Assembly (NCBI GenBank): GCA_964016885.1
Contig: OZ024748.1
Location: 27,466,001-27,530,000, forward strand
DNA: 64,000 nt
Direction: 5' to 3'
From: Eledone cirrhosa
Taxonomy: Eukaryota
Below are positions 42,611 to 60,102 of the stretch, one piece after another. The notes below the pieces were generated by a model that saw only the letters and a program-made list of their open reading frames with translations, did no database searches and was not told where the DNA came from. The first letter of the stretch is position 1. Every line of letters starts with the position of its first letter. A program made the position numbers and the translations under genes.

Positions 42611-43375
42611 CTAGCGAGCCAAGGATGAAACATATAGCAAGCGAAAGATGAGGCTTCTGGCGAACCAAGTGTGGACTATCTAGCGAGCCAGGATGAAACA
42701 TATAGCAAGCGAAAGATGAGGCTTCTGGCGAACCAAGTGTGGACTATCTAGCGAGCCAAGGATGAAACATATAGCAAGCGAAAGATGAGGCTTCTGGCGA
42801 ACCAAGTGTGGACTATCTAGCGAGCCAAGGATGAAACATATAGCAAGCGAAAGATGAGGCTTCTGGCGAACCAAGTGTGGACTATCTAGCGAGCCAAGGA
42901 TGAAACATATAGCAAGCGAAAGATGAGGCTTCTGGCGAACCAAGTGTGGACTATCTAGCGAGCCAAGGATGAAACATATAGCAAGCGAAAGATGAGGCTT
43001 CTGGCGAACCAAGTGTGGACTATCTAGCGAGCCAAGGATGAAACATATAGCAAGCGAAAGATGAGGCTTCTGGCGAACCAAGTGTGGACTATCTAGCGAG
43101 CCAAGGATGAAACATATAGCAAGCGAAAGATGAGGCTTCTGGCGAACCAAGTGTGGACTATCTAGCGAGCCAAGGATGAAACATATAGCAAGCGAAAGAT
43201 GAGGCTTCTGGCGAACCAAGTGTGGACTATCTAGCGAGCCAAGGATGAAACATATAGCAAGCGAAAGATGAGGCTTCTGGCGAACCAAGTGTGGACTATC
43301 TAGCGAGCCAAGGATGAAACATATAGCAAGCGAAAGATGAGGCTTCTGGCGAACCAAGTGTGGACTATCTAGCGA
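42611..43375. repeat. Near-perfect tandem array, 11 x 69 bp, each unit a trimer of 23-bp monomers
   Basis: Unit: CTAGCGAGCCAAGGATGAAACAT/ATAGCAAGCGAAAGATGAGGCTT/CTGGCGAACCAAGTGTGGACTAT. The only difference seen is a 1-bp deletion in unit 2. Confidence 0.95.
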
Positions 43376-43478
43376 ATCAAAAATGGAGACTGCCATTTGA
43401 AAGATATTTGCATACTATTTTACCACGTCGGATACCCACATCAATAATTCCTTGCATTGTTGTTGTTGTTGTTGTTGC

Positions 43479-43514
<36 letters not shown>

Positions 43515-44500
43515 GGGTGGTGGTGGTGGTGGCGGTGATGATGGATGTGGTGGTTGAGATGGATGTGGTGGTGGTGGTGGTGATGGTGGTTGTGCAGTAA
43601 TAATAGTAGTGATGGGTACAGTGGTGGTGATGGTACAGTGGTAGTGATGATGGTGGCGGTGATGATGATGGGTGTGGTGGTTGTGCAGTGATAATAGTTG
43701 TGAGGGGTACAGTGGTGGTGATGGTTGCTGTGTGTTGTAAATGTTGTTTTCATTAGTTTGGGGAAAGCGAGAAAGATATTTCGTGTTTTAATCAGGCAGG
43801 ATAGAAACAGAGACATTGAGGCGAGGAAGGAGAGAGAGGGGGAGAGACAGAGGAGGAGAGACGAGAGAGACGAGAGAGAGAGACGGACAGGGAGAGACGA
43901 GAGAGACGAGAGATACGAGAGAGAGAGACGGACAGTGATAGACAAGAGAGATGAGAGAGACGAGAGAGAGACGGACAGTGAAAAACGAGAGAGAATGATG
44001 AAAGGAAGGGGTAGGGAAGGAGTAAGAGAGAAAGAAGTAGAATTATGGGGTGGGGGAGGAGGGAAACAGATAGATAGATAGAGAGAGAAAGAAATAGAGT
44101 GTTGGGCTGGGGAAGGAGGAAAACAGATAGAGAGACGAGAGAGAGAGATAAGAATGAGAGAGAAAGAGAGAGACGAGAGTAAAAGAGAGAGAAACGAAAG
44201 AGTGAGAGAGGGCTTGAGTCTGAGATTAAATCCGGTAGCACGCTATAACCAATATTTCTGTAATATTGCCCTAATGGATCATCATCATCATCAACAACAT
44301 CACTGGCCCAACCCTCAACCCCATCGTTACACCACCATTATTTCTACTGTCACCCTGACCAACCCCATTAACTCTAAAGTGAGCACACCAAACGGTAATA
44401 CACGACTACGACGAAGAAGAAGAAGAAGAAGAAGAAGAAGAAGAAGAAGAAGAAGAAGAAGAAGAAGAAGAAGAAGAAGAAGAAGAAGAAGAAGAAGAAG

Positions 44501-44531
<31 letters not shown>

Positions 44532-44994
44532 TTTTGTTGCTGCTGTTGAAAGAAAGAAAGAAAGAAAGAAAGAAGGAGGAATTATAGTTATATATATAAG
44601 GGGCGAGAGTGGGGGAGTGGGGATGTCTGTGAGTGAGTGGAAAGCGTATATAACTAAAGGCTTCGTGCAATGTACAACAGGGTCTTTAATGTCGAACATT
44701 TTTAGATCTGGTTTGAAGACATTGAACAGGCGAGGAATAGACCCCTTCCTGGATAGGACACCAGTCTACCACAAGTAACACTCCCTCACATCCTTGTACA
44801 TAGCTGTACTAAAGTAGCATTGACCCCTAACTCCTGGAGAATTCGTTGGGTCGCTGTATTGAGATACAGCGCTATTAGGGTATTTTTAAACCTGACGGAT
44901 CCCATCTTCTCTTCAGGTCAGAATACAGCAGATTTTTTTCCAGAGAAGGATAGAGAGTGAGAGAATGGAAATGAGGAAGAGATATAGAGGAAGA

Positions 44995-45148
44995 ATCGAC
45001 CCCAGCACTGGTACTTTTTTATCGACATGGAATGGATGAAAGGCAAAGTTGACCTCGGTGGTAATAAAACTCAGAGAGCAGAGAGCCGAAAGGAATAACG
45101 CAAGGCATTATATCCGACGTTCTAACAACTCTGTCAATTCGCTGCCTG
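44995..45148 (-). mobile_element. SINE (Meta-like family)
   Basis: ACTGGTACTTTTTTATCGAC..GGATGAAAGGCAAAGTTGACCTCGG. Confidence 0.75.
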
Positions 45149-45319
45149 GACGAATATAGAATGGAGAATAAACACTTCTTTCTAAAACACACACAATGCT
45201 TGCTGTTGATTTGAACGTTCAACGTAGAGGCCAGTAGACCTATACCTTATCTTGTCAGCCATCTCTACAGGGTCATACACAGACTTACGTAATTATGGAA
45301 TAGCGTGGCTGTCAACGTT

Positions 45320-45630
45320 CAGTGTTCCAGTTGTTCAATGGAATAGCTTGTACGTAAAACTAACCTGCAAGTGGCTGGATATGCCATAGACACGTGTACC
45401 CTTAACGTAATTCTCAGGAACATTCAACATGACACAGTGTGTGTGACAAAGCTTTACTCCCATTGAATTACAGGTACAGCTCATCCAACAGGCTTCCAAA
45501 CAGTTCCTGTCTACCACGTTCCCTTCACAAGGTATGGGTTAAGACGAGGCAATGGTAAATAATCTTGATCAAGGTGACACACAGTGGAATCGAACCTGGG
45601 ACCTAATGATTGCGACGCGATCTTCTTAAA
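45320..45630 (-). mobile_element. SINE(s), OR-type family
   Basis: CCCTTAACGTAATTCTCAGG..GTGTGACAAAGCT..TTGAATTACAGGTACAGCT and a GGAATCGAACC reverse B-box. Confidence 0.65.
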
Positions 45631-46756
45631 CACACACACGCATACACAGACACACACACACACATACCTCCCTGTGTGTGTGTACATATACACATATGGA
45701 ATCGCCTATATATATATACATTATACCTACGTGAAAATAATCCAGGTATTGTTTATAGTAAGGTGTCCCTTTCACAAGATAAGACACCCACAGATACATA
45801 CCCCGCCACCCACCGCACCCCACCAATTCACGAGACATACAGATGAAATGGTTTGTGAATGAAACCTGATTACTACGTACGTCAAGCCACACCACCACCT
45901 TCACTAACAACAACTACCCTACCACCACCATTAACAAACATAACACAACCCCCACCTCCGCTACCACCGCCACCACCAGCAGCACGACTGCCATTCATAT
46001 ACAACGACACCACCACCATTAACAGCCTAACTCCACCACTACCTTCAACAACACTCCCACCACCGTCACCGCCGTCAACAACAGCAACAACAACAACAAG
46101 AAAAAGAAACGTCGATAGCATGACAGATAAGGATCATCAAAGATCAAACACACATACACACCTTGCTGAAGTGCTTTCAAGGTAATGATTACAGGTAGTA
46201 ACCAGACACACACGCGTGGGGGACACACACGCAGATATACACAACCGCACACCATGCTACACAGGTAGGCAAAAGGTGATAACTGTGTGTGTGTGTGTGT
46301 GTGCAGTGTGGGGGTGTGTTGGTGTGTGCGCGTGTACATGTGTGTGTACGTGTGTACGTGTGTATGTGCGCGCTTAGGGCACGCGACGCCGGCACGCGAC
46401 ATCGGAGCACGCTTATGAGACACCTGTGAGCAACAGGGAAATGTAAGAAGAGAAAGAGGGGGGAGTGTCTGTTTTATGTGTGAATGCTGATGGTTTGTGT
46501 GTGGGAGGTGTTATTATTGGGTTTAGTGTTGTGTTATGGGGGGAGGGGGCACAATAACCGCAGAAATAAGAGTTACAATTATGACATCAATCAAACAGAA
46601 GATCCTACTTAATTTAAAGGATTAATTGTTAGTTTAGTCACTTGATTGTGTAAACACAGACAAACACACAAACACACACACACACATACACACACACACA
46701 CATATATATAAATGTATTTGTGGATACATAAGTGTGTGTATATATAAATGTATAAC

Positions 46757-46797
<41 letters not shown>

Positions 46798-46801
46798 CAT
46801 T

Positions 46802-46832
<31 letters not shown>

Positions 46833-47025
46833 ATATATATTATACAGCCAATTAAATTCATTTAATTATAACAATTAAAATTTTTATTGGTATTTTTTAA
46901 AAGAAGGAATGACAAGAAATGACAGAGGAAATGATTACCTGTTGTCGCTGAGGTGTTTTTTACCTGTGAAAATAATGTACTTAATGCTTCTTTCATCTTA
47001 TTTACAAGCACAAGCGCGTATATAC

Positions 47026-47060
<35 letters not shown>

Positions 47061-47073
47061 AATATATATATAC

Positions 47074-47107
<34 letters not shown>

Positions 47108-47964
47108 GTATGTGTCTCTGTGTGTCTCCGCGTGTGTGTATATCTGTGTATGTGTGTGTGTCTGTCTGTGTGTGTACACAGATAACAACTGACAGGCGGA
47201 CACACGAACATACCTCGGTTGTCACGCGGCGAGACATGTTGTAGCTCCCACTGAGGTGACCTACAAATACAAACACATTTAACTTACCTGTTGAATAACT
47301 TTATTGGTTTGTTGGGTGCGGGTGGGGGTGGGCGTGGTGTCGGTGTTGCAGGGAGGTTGGGGAAGGTTTGATGATGGTGGGTGGAGGGTGGCTAGAGATA
47401 ATTTCCGTTGGGAAAGTTGTAGTGGTAGTGGTGGTGGTGGGTATGATATTAGTAACGCTAGCGTTGCGCTTCAATAAAACCCGCGGGGGGGGGGTCGAAA
47501 ATATGATCAGAATCCTTCCAGCCGTGACCATCTTGTTTTTTTACAGGAACATACATTTTTTAATGAGTCCTTTCCTTTCTTTCTTTAAGGCGGTAATGTA
47601 GAGCGTGATTTGATGAATATTTGGCTGCTCTTTCTAGCATGTTAAACCACCATCCAGCAAAACAGGTGTCAGTGGTGGAAGGTGAGGCAGGGTGGTAGAT
47701 TATATATTATACACAGGTATCTTATCTCAACAGTGTCGCTGAAGACGTCGTTAGCAGATCACATGACTTACCTTAACAGATAGGTAAACCTGACTGACAG
47801 GCAAGTAAGCAGAAAAGCAGGCACGTCTCTACATAGCTACACAGCGTTTAGCTGTTTCTCTTTATTCTACCTGTTGGTATTCCCAGTTCACCTGGCCTCT
47901 TTAAGATATGTGTGTGTGTGTTGGATCTCCGTCTGTTCCGGCGACGAGTTTCCCACTTGTTCAA

Positions 47965-48303
47965 ATAACAGAACTGCTACCTTTCATGAAATTAGTGTGT
48001 AACTGAGAATTCCACAGACAGATATACCGTTAACGTAATTCTCAGGGAGATTCGGCAAAACACAATGTGCGACAAGGCTGGCTCTTTCAATCACAGGTAC
48101 AACTCACTTTTATCAGGTGAGTGGACAGGACTAGCGCAATACGGAATAAAATATCCTGCTGAAGGAGACAAGGCAGTCAGGACCTTACGGTAGCTAGACA
48201 TACACAAGGCCAGCAAATTACCCAGTACATTACTGGTACTTTATTTTATCGACCCCGTAAGGATGAAAGGCAAAGTTAACCTCGGCGGGATTTGAACTCA
48301 GAA
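47965..48303 (-). mobile_element. OR-type SINE followed by an internally deleted Meta-like SINE
   Basis: TTAACGTAATTCTCAGGGAGATTC..GACAAGGCTGGC. 48202-48303 is nearly identical to 59841-59940. Confidence 0.7.
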
Positions 48304-48370
48304 ATATTCGATTCGTTTGCAATTATGCAAACAGGCTCTTTAAACCATGTCAGTAGAATGACCTCGTATT

Positions 48371-48491
<121 letters not shown>

Positions 48492-48498
48492 CCATATG

Positions 48499-48596
<98 letters not shown>

Positions 48597-48646
48597 ATAA
48601 TAATAAATTTGAAGACTAAAATCCAATGAGGGCTCGATAGAGCAAG

Positions 48647-48749
48647 TATTTATTAAAATAACAGATTAAAGTTTAAGCAAAGAATCGCTGCTTTAAGGGT
48701 GAAAGCAGCGATTCTTTGCTTAAACTTTAATCTGTTATTTTAATAAATA
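48647..48749. repeat. Perfect hairpin (48-bp arms, 7-nt loop) in a short insert between (TA)n tracts
   Basis: Arms 48647-48694 and 48702-48749 are exact reverse complements. Confidence 0.9.
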
Positions 48750-49044
48750 TATATATTTATATATATATTTGTGTGTGTGTGTGTAAATATATATATATGC
48801 ATAGAGAGAGCGAGAAAATGTTTTGACATTGCTCCCACCATTTAATTACATTTGTTTTCTATTCTAAACACACATACTCACATACACACATACATGCATG
48901 CATACATGCACACACACGCACACACACACATACATACATAAATGCATACTAACAAACACACAAACACATCGACACACCGTAACATTCACACATAGAAACA
49001 TACAGACACAGTGGCACACATACAGCTAATGTCATATATACACA

Positions 49045-49938
49045 ATTACATACACATATGTACATGTATATATACACTACCATAGTGACATGTATATACA
49101 CATATATACGTGTATATATACACTAACATAATGACACATATATCCACATATATACACCTATATACACTAACATAATGACATATATATAAATATATATACA
49201 TATATATATATATATACATATGTACACATATATACATGTATATATACACTAACAGTGACATATATATATACACATGTGCATGTATATATATACACTAAAA
49301 TAGTGACATATATATATATATATACATGTGTATGTATATACTCAATAACACTGACATATGCACACATGTATCTGTATATATACACTAAAATAGTGACATA
49401 TATATATATATATATACATGTGCATGTATAAACTCAATAACACTGTCATATACACACATGTATATGTATATATACACTAAAATAGTGACATATATATATA
49501 TATATATACATGTGCATGTATAAACTCAATAACACTGTCATATACACACATGTATCTGTATATATACACTAAAATAGTGACATATATATATATATATATA
49601 CATGTGCATGTATAAACTCAATAACACTGTCATATACACACATGTATCTGTATATATACACTAAAATAGTGACATATATATATATATATATACATGTGCA
49701 TGTATAAACTCAATAACGCTGTCATATACACACATGTATCTGTATATATACACTAAAATAGTGACATATATATATATATATATACATGTGCATGTATAAA
49801 CTCAATAACACTGTCATATACACACATGTATATGTATATATACACTAACATAGTGACACATATATACATGTGCATGTATATATACTCAATAACACTGACA
49901 TATACACACATGTATATGTATATATACACTAAAATAGT

Positions 49939-49989
<51 letters not shown>

Positions 49990-50069
49990 GTGCATGTATA
50001 AACTCAATAACACTGACATATACACACATGTATATGTATATATACACTAACATAGTGACACATATATAT

Positions 50070-50117
<48 letters not shown>

Positions 50118-50510
50118 GTGCATGTATAAACTCAATAACACTGACATATACACACATGTATATGTATATATACACTAAAATAGTGACACATATATATACA
50201 TGTGCATGTATAAACTCAATAACACTGTTATATACACACATGTATATGTATATATACACTAACATAGTGACACATATATATATATATATACATGTGCATG
50301 TATATATACTCTAACATAGTGACACATATATATATATATATATACATGTGCATGTATATATACTCTAACATAGTGACACATATATATATATATATACATG
50401 TGCATGTATATATACTGTAACATAGTGACATATATATATATATATATATATACATGTGCATGTATATATACTCTAACATAGTGACACATATATACACACA
50501 TGGTGACACA
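49045..50510. repeat. Compound minisatellite (CATGTGCATGTATAAACTCAATAACACTGTCATATACACACATGTA..CACTAAAATAGTGACA + variable (TA)n)
   Basis: Tandem ~75-100-bp units with a variable TA spacer. Confidence 0.9.
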
Positions 50511-50533
50511 AACATAAAGGTGAAATAGTTATT

Positions 50534-50583
<50 letters not shown>

Positions 50584-50644
50584 TATTGTGTTATGTTGGA
50601 CCTCCGCCAGTTCCGGCGAGGCGTGTTTCAGTTGTCCGGACTTG

Positions 50645-50897
50645 TGGAATTTATCGTGCAAGTGGTTGAGTATTCCGCAAGATACGTGAGACCTTTAAAG
50701 TAGTTCTAAGGGAGATTCGGCGTCTAACAAGGCTGGCTGTTTGAATTAGGACAAGTAGGACACGTGTTTGTGTCAGTTGTATAGATGGGAACAACGTGAA
50801 ATAAAGTACCAGGCACGGGGACAGAACGCGCCTTCGGGAATCGAACTCGGAACCTTACGATTGTGAGGCAAACACCTTAACCAGTAAGCCACGCGTC
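50645..50897 (-). mobile_element. SINE, OR-type family
   Basis: Reverse tRNA head GGGAATCGAACTC...CCTTAACCAGTAAGCCACGC, plus ACAAGGCTGGC. Confidence 0.7.
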
Positions 50898-51038
50898 CTC
50901 GCAGTGACGAACACACTTACACACAGACACACTCATGCATACACACACGTGTGTATATATATGTATATATGTGTGTGTGTGTGTATATATATATATAGAT
51001 ATGGATATGTATATATATATATATATGTGTGTGTGTGC

Positions 51039-51112
<74 letters not shown>

Positions 51113-51759
51113 ATATATATATATGTGTGTGTGTGTAGTGTGTGTGTGTGTGTGTGTTTGTTTGTGTATTACGTACAGAGAGAGAGAGACTGACTTACCG
51201 GAGTAAAAAAAAAATGCCGGTTTATAAGTATATTGCAAGTATGGCAGTCCCGGTTCTCTTTCCCTTGTTGATATTTAAACCAAATGACCACAGACCATTA
51301 AATGGCGGTGGTGTGTTGTAAGTGTGATGGTGGTTGTGGAAGACGAGTGGTGGTGGTGGTGGTGCTGGTGGGGGGGGACGTTATAAGGGTTGATAGTAGA
51401 GCTGGTGGTGTCTGTGGTGGCGGTGGTGGTGTCAGTGTGTTACAGGGGTTGGGGAAGTAGTGGCATGGGGTAATGATAATGGTGGTGGTAGTAATTGTAG
51501 TAAATGTCGTGGGGTAGTGGTGGATACAGAGAGTGTAGGTGTTTGTGGTGGTGTGGTCTTGTTGGTAGTGATGGTTGGGTGTGGTGTTGTGTAATGAGTG
51601 GTGTTGTTGTAAGGTGGTGTGTGGTGAGACTGATGGCAGTACGTGTGGTGGTCATAGCGATGTATGTAGTACATGGTTGTGGTGGTGGTGGTATCAATAT
51701 AGTTGTGGTAGGGCTGGTGGTGCTGGTATTTGTTGATGTTGCTACTTTTTGTAAGTAAC

Positions 51760-55205
<3,446 letters not shown>

Positions 55206-55461
55206 TGATAAGATGGTGTGTGCATTAAAGCATATATATTTATGTGTGCGTGTATTTCTCCCCCACCCCCCTCTCTCTCTCTCTCTTTATATATATATAT
55301 AGTGAGAGAGAGAGAGAGAGTATTAAGGACGAGCCAGTAGCCTATTACTTTGGAGTTCCTCCAACACGTGGTCGATTCATCACATACATAAAAGGAAAAC
55401 ATTTTTCGTAACTGCGGAACCGATCATATTATATGTGTGTAAATACACACACACACACACA

Positions 55462-55516
<55 letters not shown>

Positions 55517-56203
55517 TCCTTTTCTTCCTTTCTTTTCCCACACTTTTTCCCTGGCGTCATATAAAATTCCCTGTGTATTTGTTGTAGCTTAATTGTTATA
55601 AGTCTTGTCTTGTCTCTTACTACACTGGACAGCACTTTGGCTTGTGTCAGACACTGTGACCACGGATGGACCAGGACTACCGTTGGTAAGGGTCGAAGCT
55701 GCCAAAGTTCATCTCAATGGCCAATGACCCTGGAGTTCTGTGTCTTTCGTTTGTATTTTTTTTTAATGTTTTTTTTTAAGTTTCCCTTTGAAAAATTGCT
55801 TTTCCTTTAGCCTTGTTTTCGTTCGTAGTTTTGTCCTCTCTTTGTTAATTTTCCTAAGTTTATCATTACTAATCTGTAACGAACGTGTTACCTCTACCTC
55901 TACCCCCTCCCCCATTAATTTCAATGGATTACGTTTTTTATCACGATATCTTACTTAATTTATGCTTTTTTTTCTTCCTTTCATTTTCTTCCTTTCTTTT
56001 CTTTTGATTCATTCATGAGACTTTCGTGCTATAAAAAGTACCACACTTTTTCCCTGACGTCACATAAAATTCTATGTGTTCTAGTTATAGTTTAATTGCC
56101 TTCTTTTCGTTCGTTGTTTGTCCTCTCTTTGTTAATTTTCGTAAGTTTATCATATATATATATATATATATATAATATATGTTATATACTATATATTATA
56201 TAT

Positions 56204-56266
<63 letters not shown>

Positions 56267-56904
56267 CGCGTGCGTACCTACATTCATTCACACACACACA
56301 CACTGCTAGAGAGAACGTGGTGTGTAAGAAGGGAAGAAAGGTGAAAAGTCAGTATTGCAATAAAATAGAAAGGCAGAGCAGTAAAACGTTGACAAATGAC
56401 TGGTTGTCTGTGGTGTGACAGCAGGGGAGGTAACTTGTATTGGAAACACTACACCCTCTAGTTCTCCGCTAGGCCACGCTAGATCAATGCTATGTTCTGC
56501 TGGGCTACGATACCTCCACACCATACTTCTACGTTATAAGCTTTATGGTACATACTTCCCCAACTTCCCTCTCTCTCTCTCTCTCTCTCTCTTTTTCTCA
56601 TCTAATATACTTCACGTCTGCTACCTCCACCCGCACCTTAACCCACACACCTCCCGTTCACTATATTGTTGACGAGTCGGTTATATATAATGATTGTATC
56701 TCGTGTTGCGGACGACCAAACGAGATCTCGCTCAACTTTATAGCTCACTGGTTGCTGTCCGTGTTTATTCCTTGTTTGTGTTTTTGTTTTTGTGTATGTT
56801 ATTGTTTATGTTTTAGTTGCTGTTTTTTTGTTTTTTTTTTATCTTCTGTGAAACTCGGTGAATTGAGATCAATAGAAAGATAAAGCCAAATAGTATTAAT
56901 AATT

Positions 56905-59572
56905 GTTTCATTTATTGGCCACAAGGGCCGACAATTAGGGGACAATACAATAGAAGGGGACAGTGGGAGATTTACACAAAAGTCGAGTAAAAATATAAAT
57001 AACAAAATAACAAGAAAAATACTAGCAACAGTGTCTCCCAATAGGGAGGATAACCACCCCGGTCGACTCAGGTACCCCACCAATCTGGAACCACCCGACA
57101 CTTCGAGGACACCCGGGAAAGGCACCCCCCTCCTCTTCGCAAGTCCTCCAGAACGCACAGGTCAGTTCAACTTCGTCGACGCCCAGAGCCTCTCCGAGTG
57201 CGTCGTCGCACTTTCCCACCACTAATCCGCTATAGAACTCGAGAGTGGGAATTCCACTGATCGTATTGCCCGCCTGGTAGAGGGCAGTGAGTGCCTGGCA
57301 ACATTCCAGATACCAAGCACCAAGGTTCGGTCTCTTCTTGACCCAGAACTGCAGCTCAGTCAAAGAGACGAGCTGCGAAAAAGCCCGTCTGACAAACGAA
57401 GACCACACCTGTTCACTGTTGAGGCAGAATATCTGGAGATGCTGCAGTCACAGCGCATCATTAGCCACGGCATACCCAACCCTTTACGTAGAGGGTGCTG
57501 GCAGCAGATGGACCGCTTCACCAACGGAACCATCCCCTCCTTAAGACACGACGGTCAGGCGGTAGTAGATGACAGGCGCGATATACGCGTTAAGTCACCT
57601 CCACATGACCATTCAGGGACAGCTTCCTCTTGAACCATTTCTGGGTGAGAGTGAGTATCCTGATCGTCACCTCGTCCTAATTTTTATCTACCTGGAGGTC
57701 TGGTCCCAACCAAACCCCGAGGAACATTACCGATCCGTCCGTCCAGCGCCCGGACATGCTGTTGGACGGCATGGACCTGCCTCTCCAGGTGTCGAGCTGC
57801 AAGCCCACTGACTTCTCCGGGTTATATTTCGCTGCCGTCAACCTTTCATATTCCTCCAATAAGGTGCCGACCACCTCGATTTCCGAGGTGTCCGACACCA
57901 TCACGGTGATGTCTTCCGCATAAGCCGATTCAGCGTTTCCGCGTCCCGGTTCGAGAGGGATGCTTTGCAAGATCTTCAGTTTCTGCAATAAAGGCTCGTG
58001 AGTCAATACGTACAGGAGGGAGGAGATAGGGCACCTTTGACGGACCGATCAGGAGATCTAAAACGGTTCCGAAAGATGGCCATTAACTTTGACCACTGAG
58101 CAAATGCCGCTGTTCATTGCAGTGATCCAGCCTCGGAAGACGGGGCTGAAGTGAGCTGCTTTGAGGACAGATTCCGGGTATCGATGGTCGACCCTATCGA
58201 AAGTTTTCGATTGATCTAAGCCCTACTGAAGCCAGGTTTACACCTTACTCTCTCCATGATGTATCGCATGAGGTGGAGGTTGTCGTGTATGGACCTGGTT
58301 GGGATTGCGCACGTTTGCGCCTCCCCAACCGAATCCTCGACGACAAGCGCCAACCTCTTCGCTAACACCTTGGCGAAAATCTTAAACTCTGTGTTGAGCA
58401 GGTTTATGGGCCTGAAGCTATCTAATGTGTCCCTATTATTCTCGTCTTTCATCATTAGCGTCACTACGCCCCGGCTCACAGAACTGGGAATACTCCCGTT
58501 CTGCTGCCAGTTGCAGTAGAGCGCTTCGAGGAGATCGGAGAACAAGTCTGGCATATTTACGTAAATCTCGTAGGACAGACCATCCAAACCGGGTGACTTG
58601 CGCCTCGTGCAGCCAACTAGGGCATCACGTATTTCGGCCGAATTTATCGGTCTTTCGCAATGCCCAGCATCGGCCGTCGAGAGACGCGGCAGTCCATTGA
58701 GGTAGAGACTGAAGTCCGTAACTCCATTCCGGACAGCTGTGCAAAGTGCTGGCGAAAGTTCTCATACATCTGCCTCTCCGTTTTATTTTTTCCTATCGCT
58801 ACTTCTTTACTGAATGCAATGGATTCTACTCTAATCGCTCTCTTGAGAGCGCCCCACCACCTGTTGTTGATTCCTGTCAACAGCAGTTTAATCAATTTGC
58901 TAATCTGGTCGCTGTAGACTTTACACACCGGGAACAACGCGTTGAACTTCCAGTAACCAGGTCCCTCTCTACGTGTTTGTGGTCTGAATAGGCGACCGTA
59001 TGTAATTGTATACACCCTATATTATCCTTATCCACCAACCTAATTAGAAACCTATCTATGTACGATCTAGATGTCCCTAAGCGGTTTGTCCAGTTCAACA
59101 CTGGCGCATTAAGGAATCTAGTTGGTACCTATCAGACAGTTGAAACTGGTTGATCAGGCTTTTGCACCTCCGACTCTTATCGGCTACCCTCACACAGTGC
59201 CAGCATGCGTCCAAGATGCCGTTTCAGTCCCGCTAACACTAAAGGGCGAGACGTTCCTAGAAAGCTTCCAGGCACCTAAAGAATCCGGCTGAAACTGCCC
59301 CAGTCTAAAAGCACCACCTTCACTATTGTTCACATCTAGGACCACCAACTTAGCGTCCGGGTCTACGAAGATCGTCCGTACCTCGAGATCCAGGCCTCTC
59401 CTAAACAGCACAACCACCCCACCTACCACTCCTGGCCGACTAATAAATGCGAAAATCTGATAGTCGTTTAAAATGGGGGCTAGTGCTCACGTGTCAGAAA
59501 TCCTGGTCTCGCTGACGGCATTTACATCCATCTCTAGAGACCTGAGATCGTTGAGCATGTGACCCTGCTTCC
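56905..59572 (-). mobile_element. Decayed Tx1/L1-type LINE ORF2 (APE endonuclease + RT), internally deleted
   Basis: EN: DVNAVSET, GGVVVLFR, SYIDRFL, GPGYWKFN. RT: DGLSYEIY, FRPINLLNTEFKIFAKVLAKRL, AYAEDITV, FLGVWLG. AATAAA lies at 56916-56911. Confidence 0.93.
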
Positions 59573-59821
59573 AGGGGCGGGGGAGGAGGAGGGGTGTCCG
59601 CCATGTTTTTTTTAAATAAAATATGTTTAACACACAAAGTTTAAATATTTGGGCTAAAAGGCCCAAATATTATAGAGACTCCCCTTCACAGGGCATAGAC
59701 GGAAGTCTGATGACCCCTTTTCAAAAAATCAACAAATATTACAAATGAAAACAAAACTGAAAATTTACCCCTTTTCTGAGTTCCAGAAAACGCGTCTACA
59801 CTGTCTAACAGGCAATAATAA

Positions 59822-60010
59822 TAATTGTTTCTACTTTTGGCACAAGGCCAACAATTACCCAGTGTATTACTGGTACTTTATTTTATCGACCCCGTAAGGA
59901 TGAAAGGCAAAGTTAACCTCGGCGGGATTTGAACTCAGAATGGCAAGGGCCGTAACTTTATGCGTCAAAGCATGGCGTCCGACCCTCTACCGATACTGCC
60001 AATCCACCAA
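59822..60010 (-). mobile_element. SINE (Meta-like family, deleted subfamily)
   Basis: GGCACAAGGCCAACAATTACCCAGT..TTTTATCGACCCCGTAAGGATGAAAGGCAAAG..GATTTGAACTCAGAA. Confidence 0.8.
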
Positions 60011-60017
60011 CCTAATA

Positions 60018-60101
<84 letters not shown>

Positions 60102-60102
60102 T

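Noticed and set aside
42680-43396. 238-aa repeat ORF, or a CRISPR-like or retrozyme array
   Set aside because: The ORF is a by-product of the 69-bp unit and is broken by the unit 2 deletion. There are no variable spacers, and the unit has no CUGANGA box on either strand (GATGAGGC..GGCGAAC does not form stem II).
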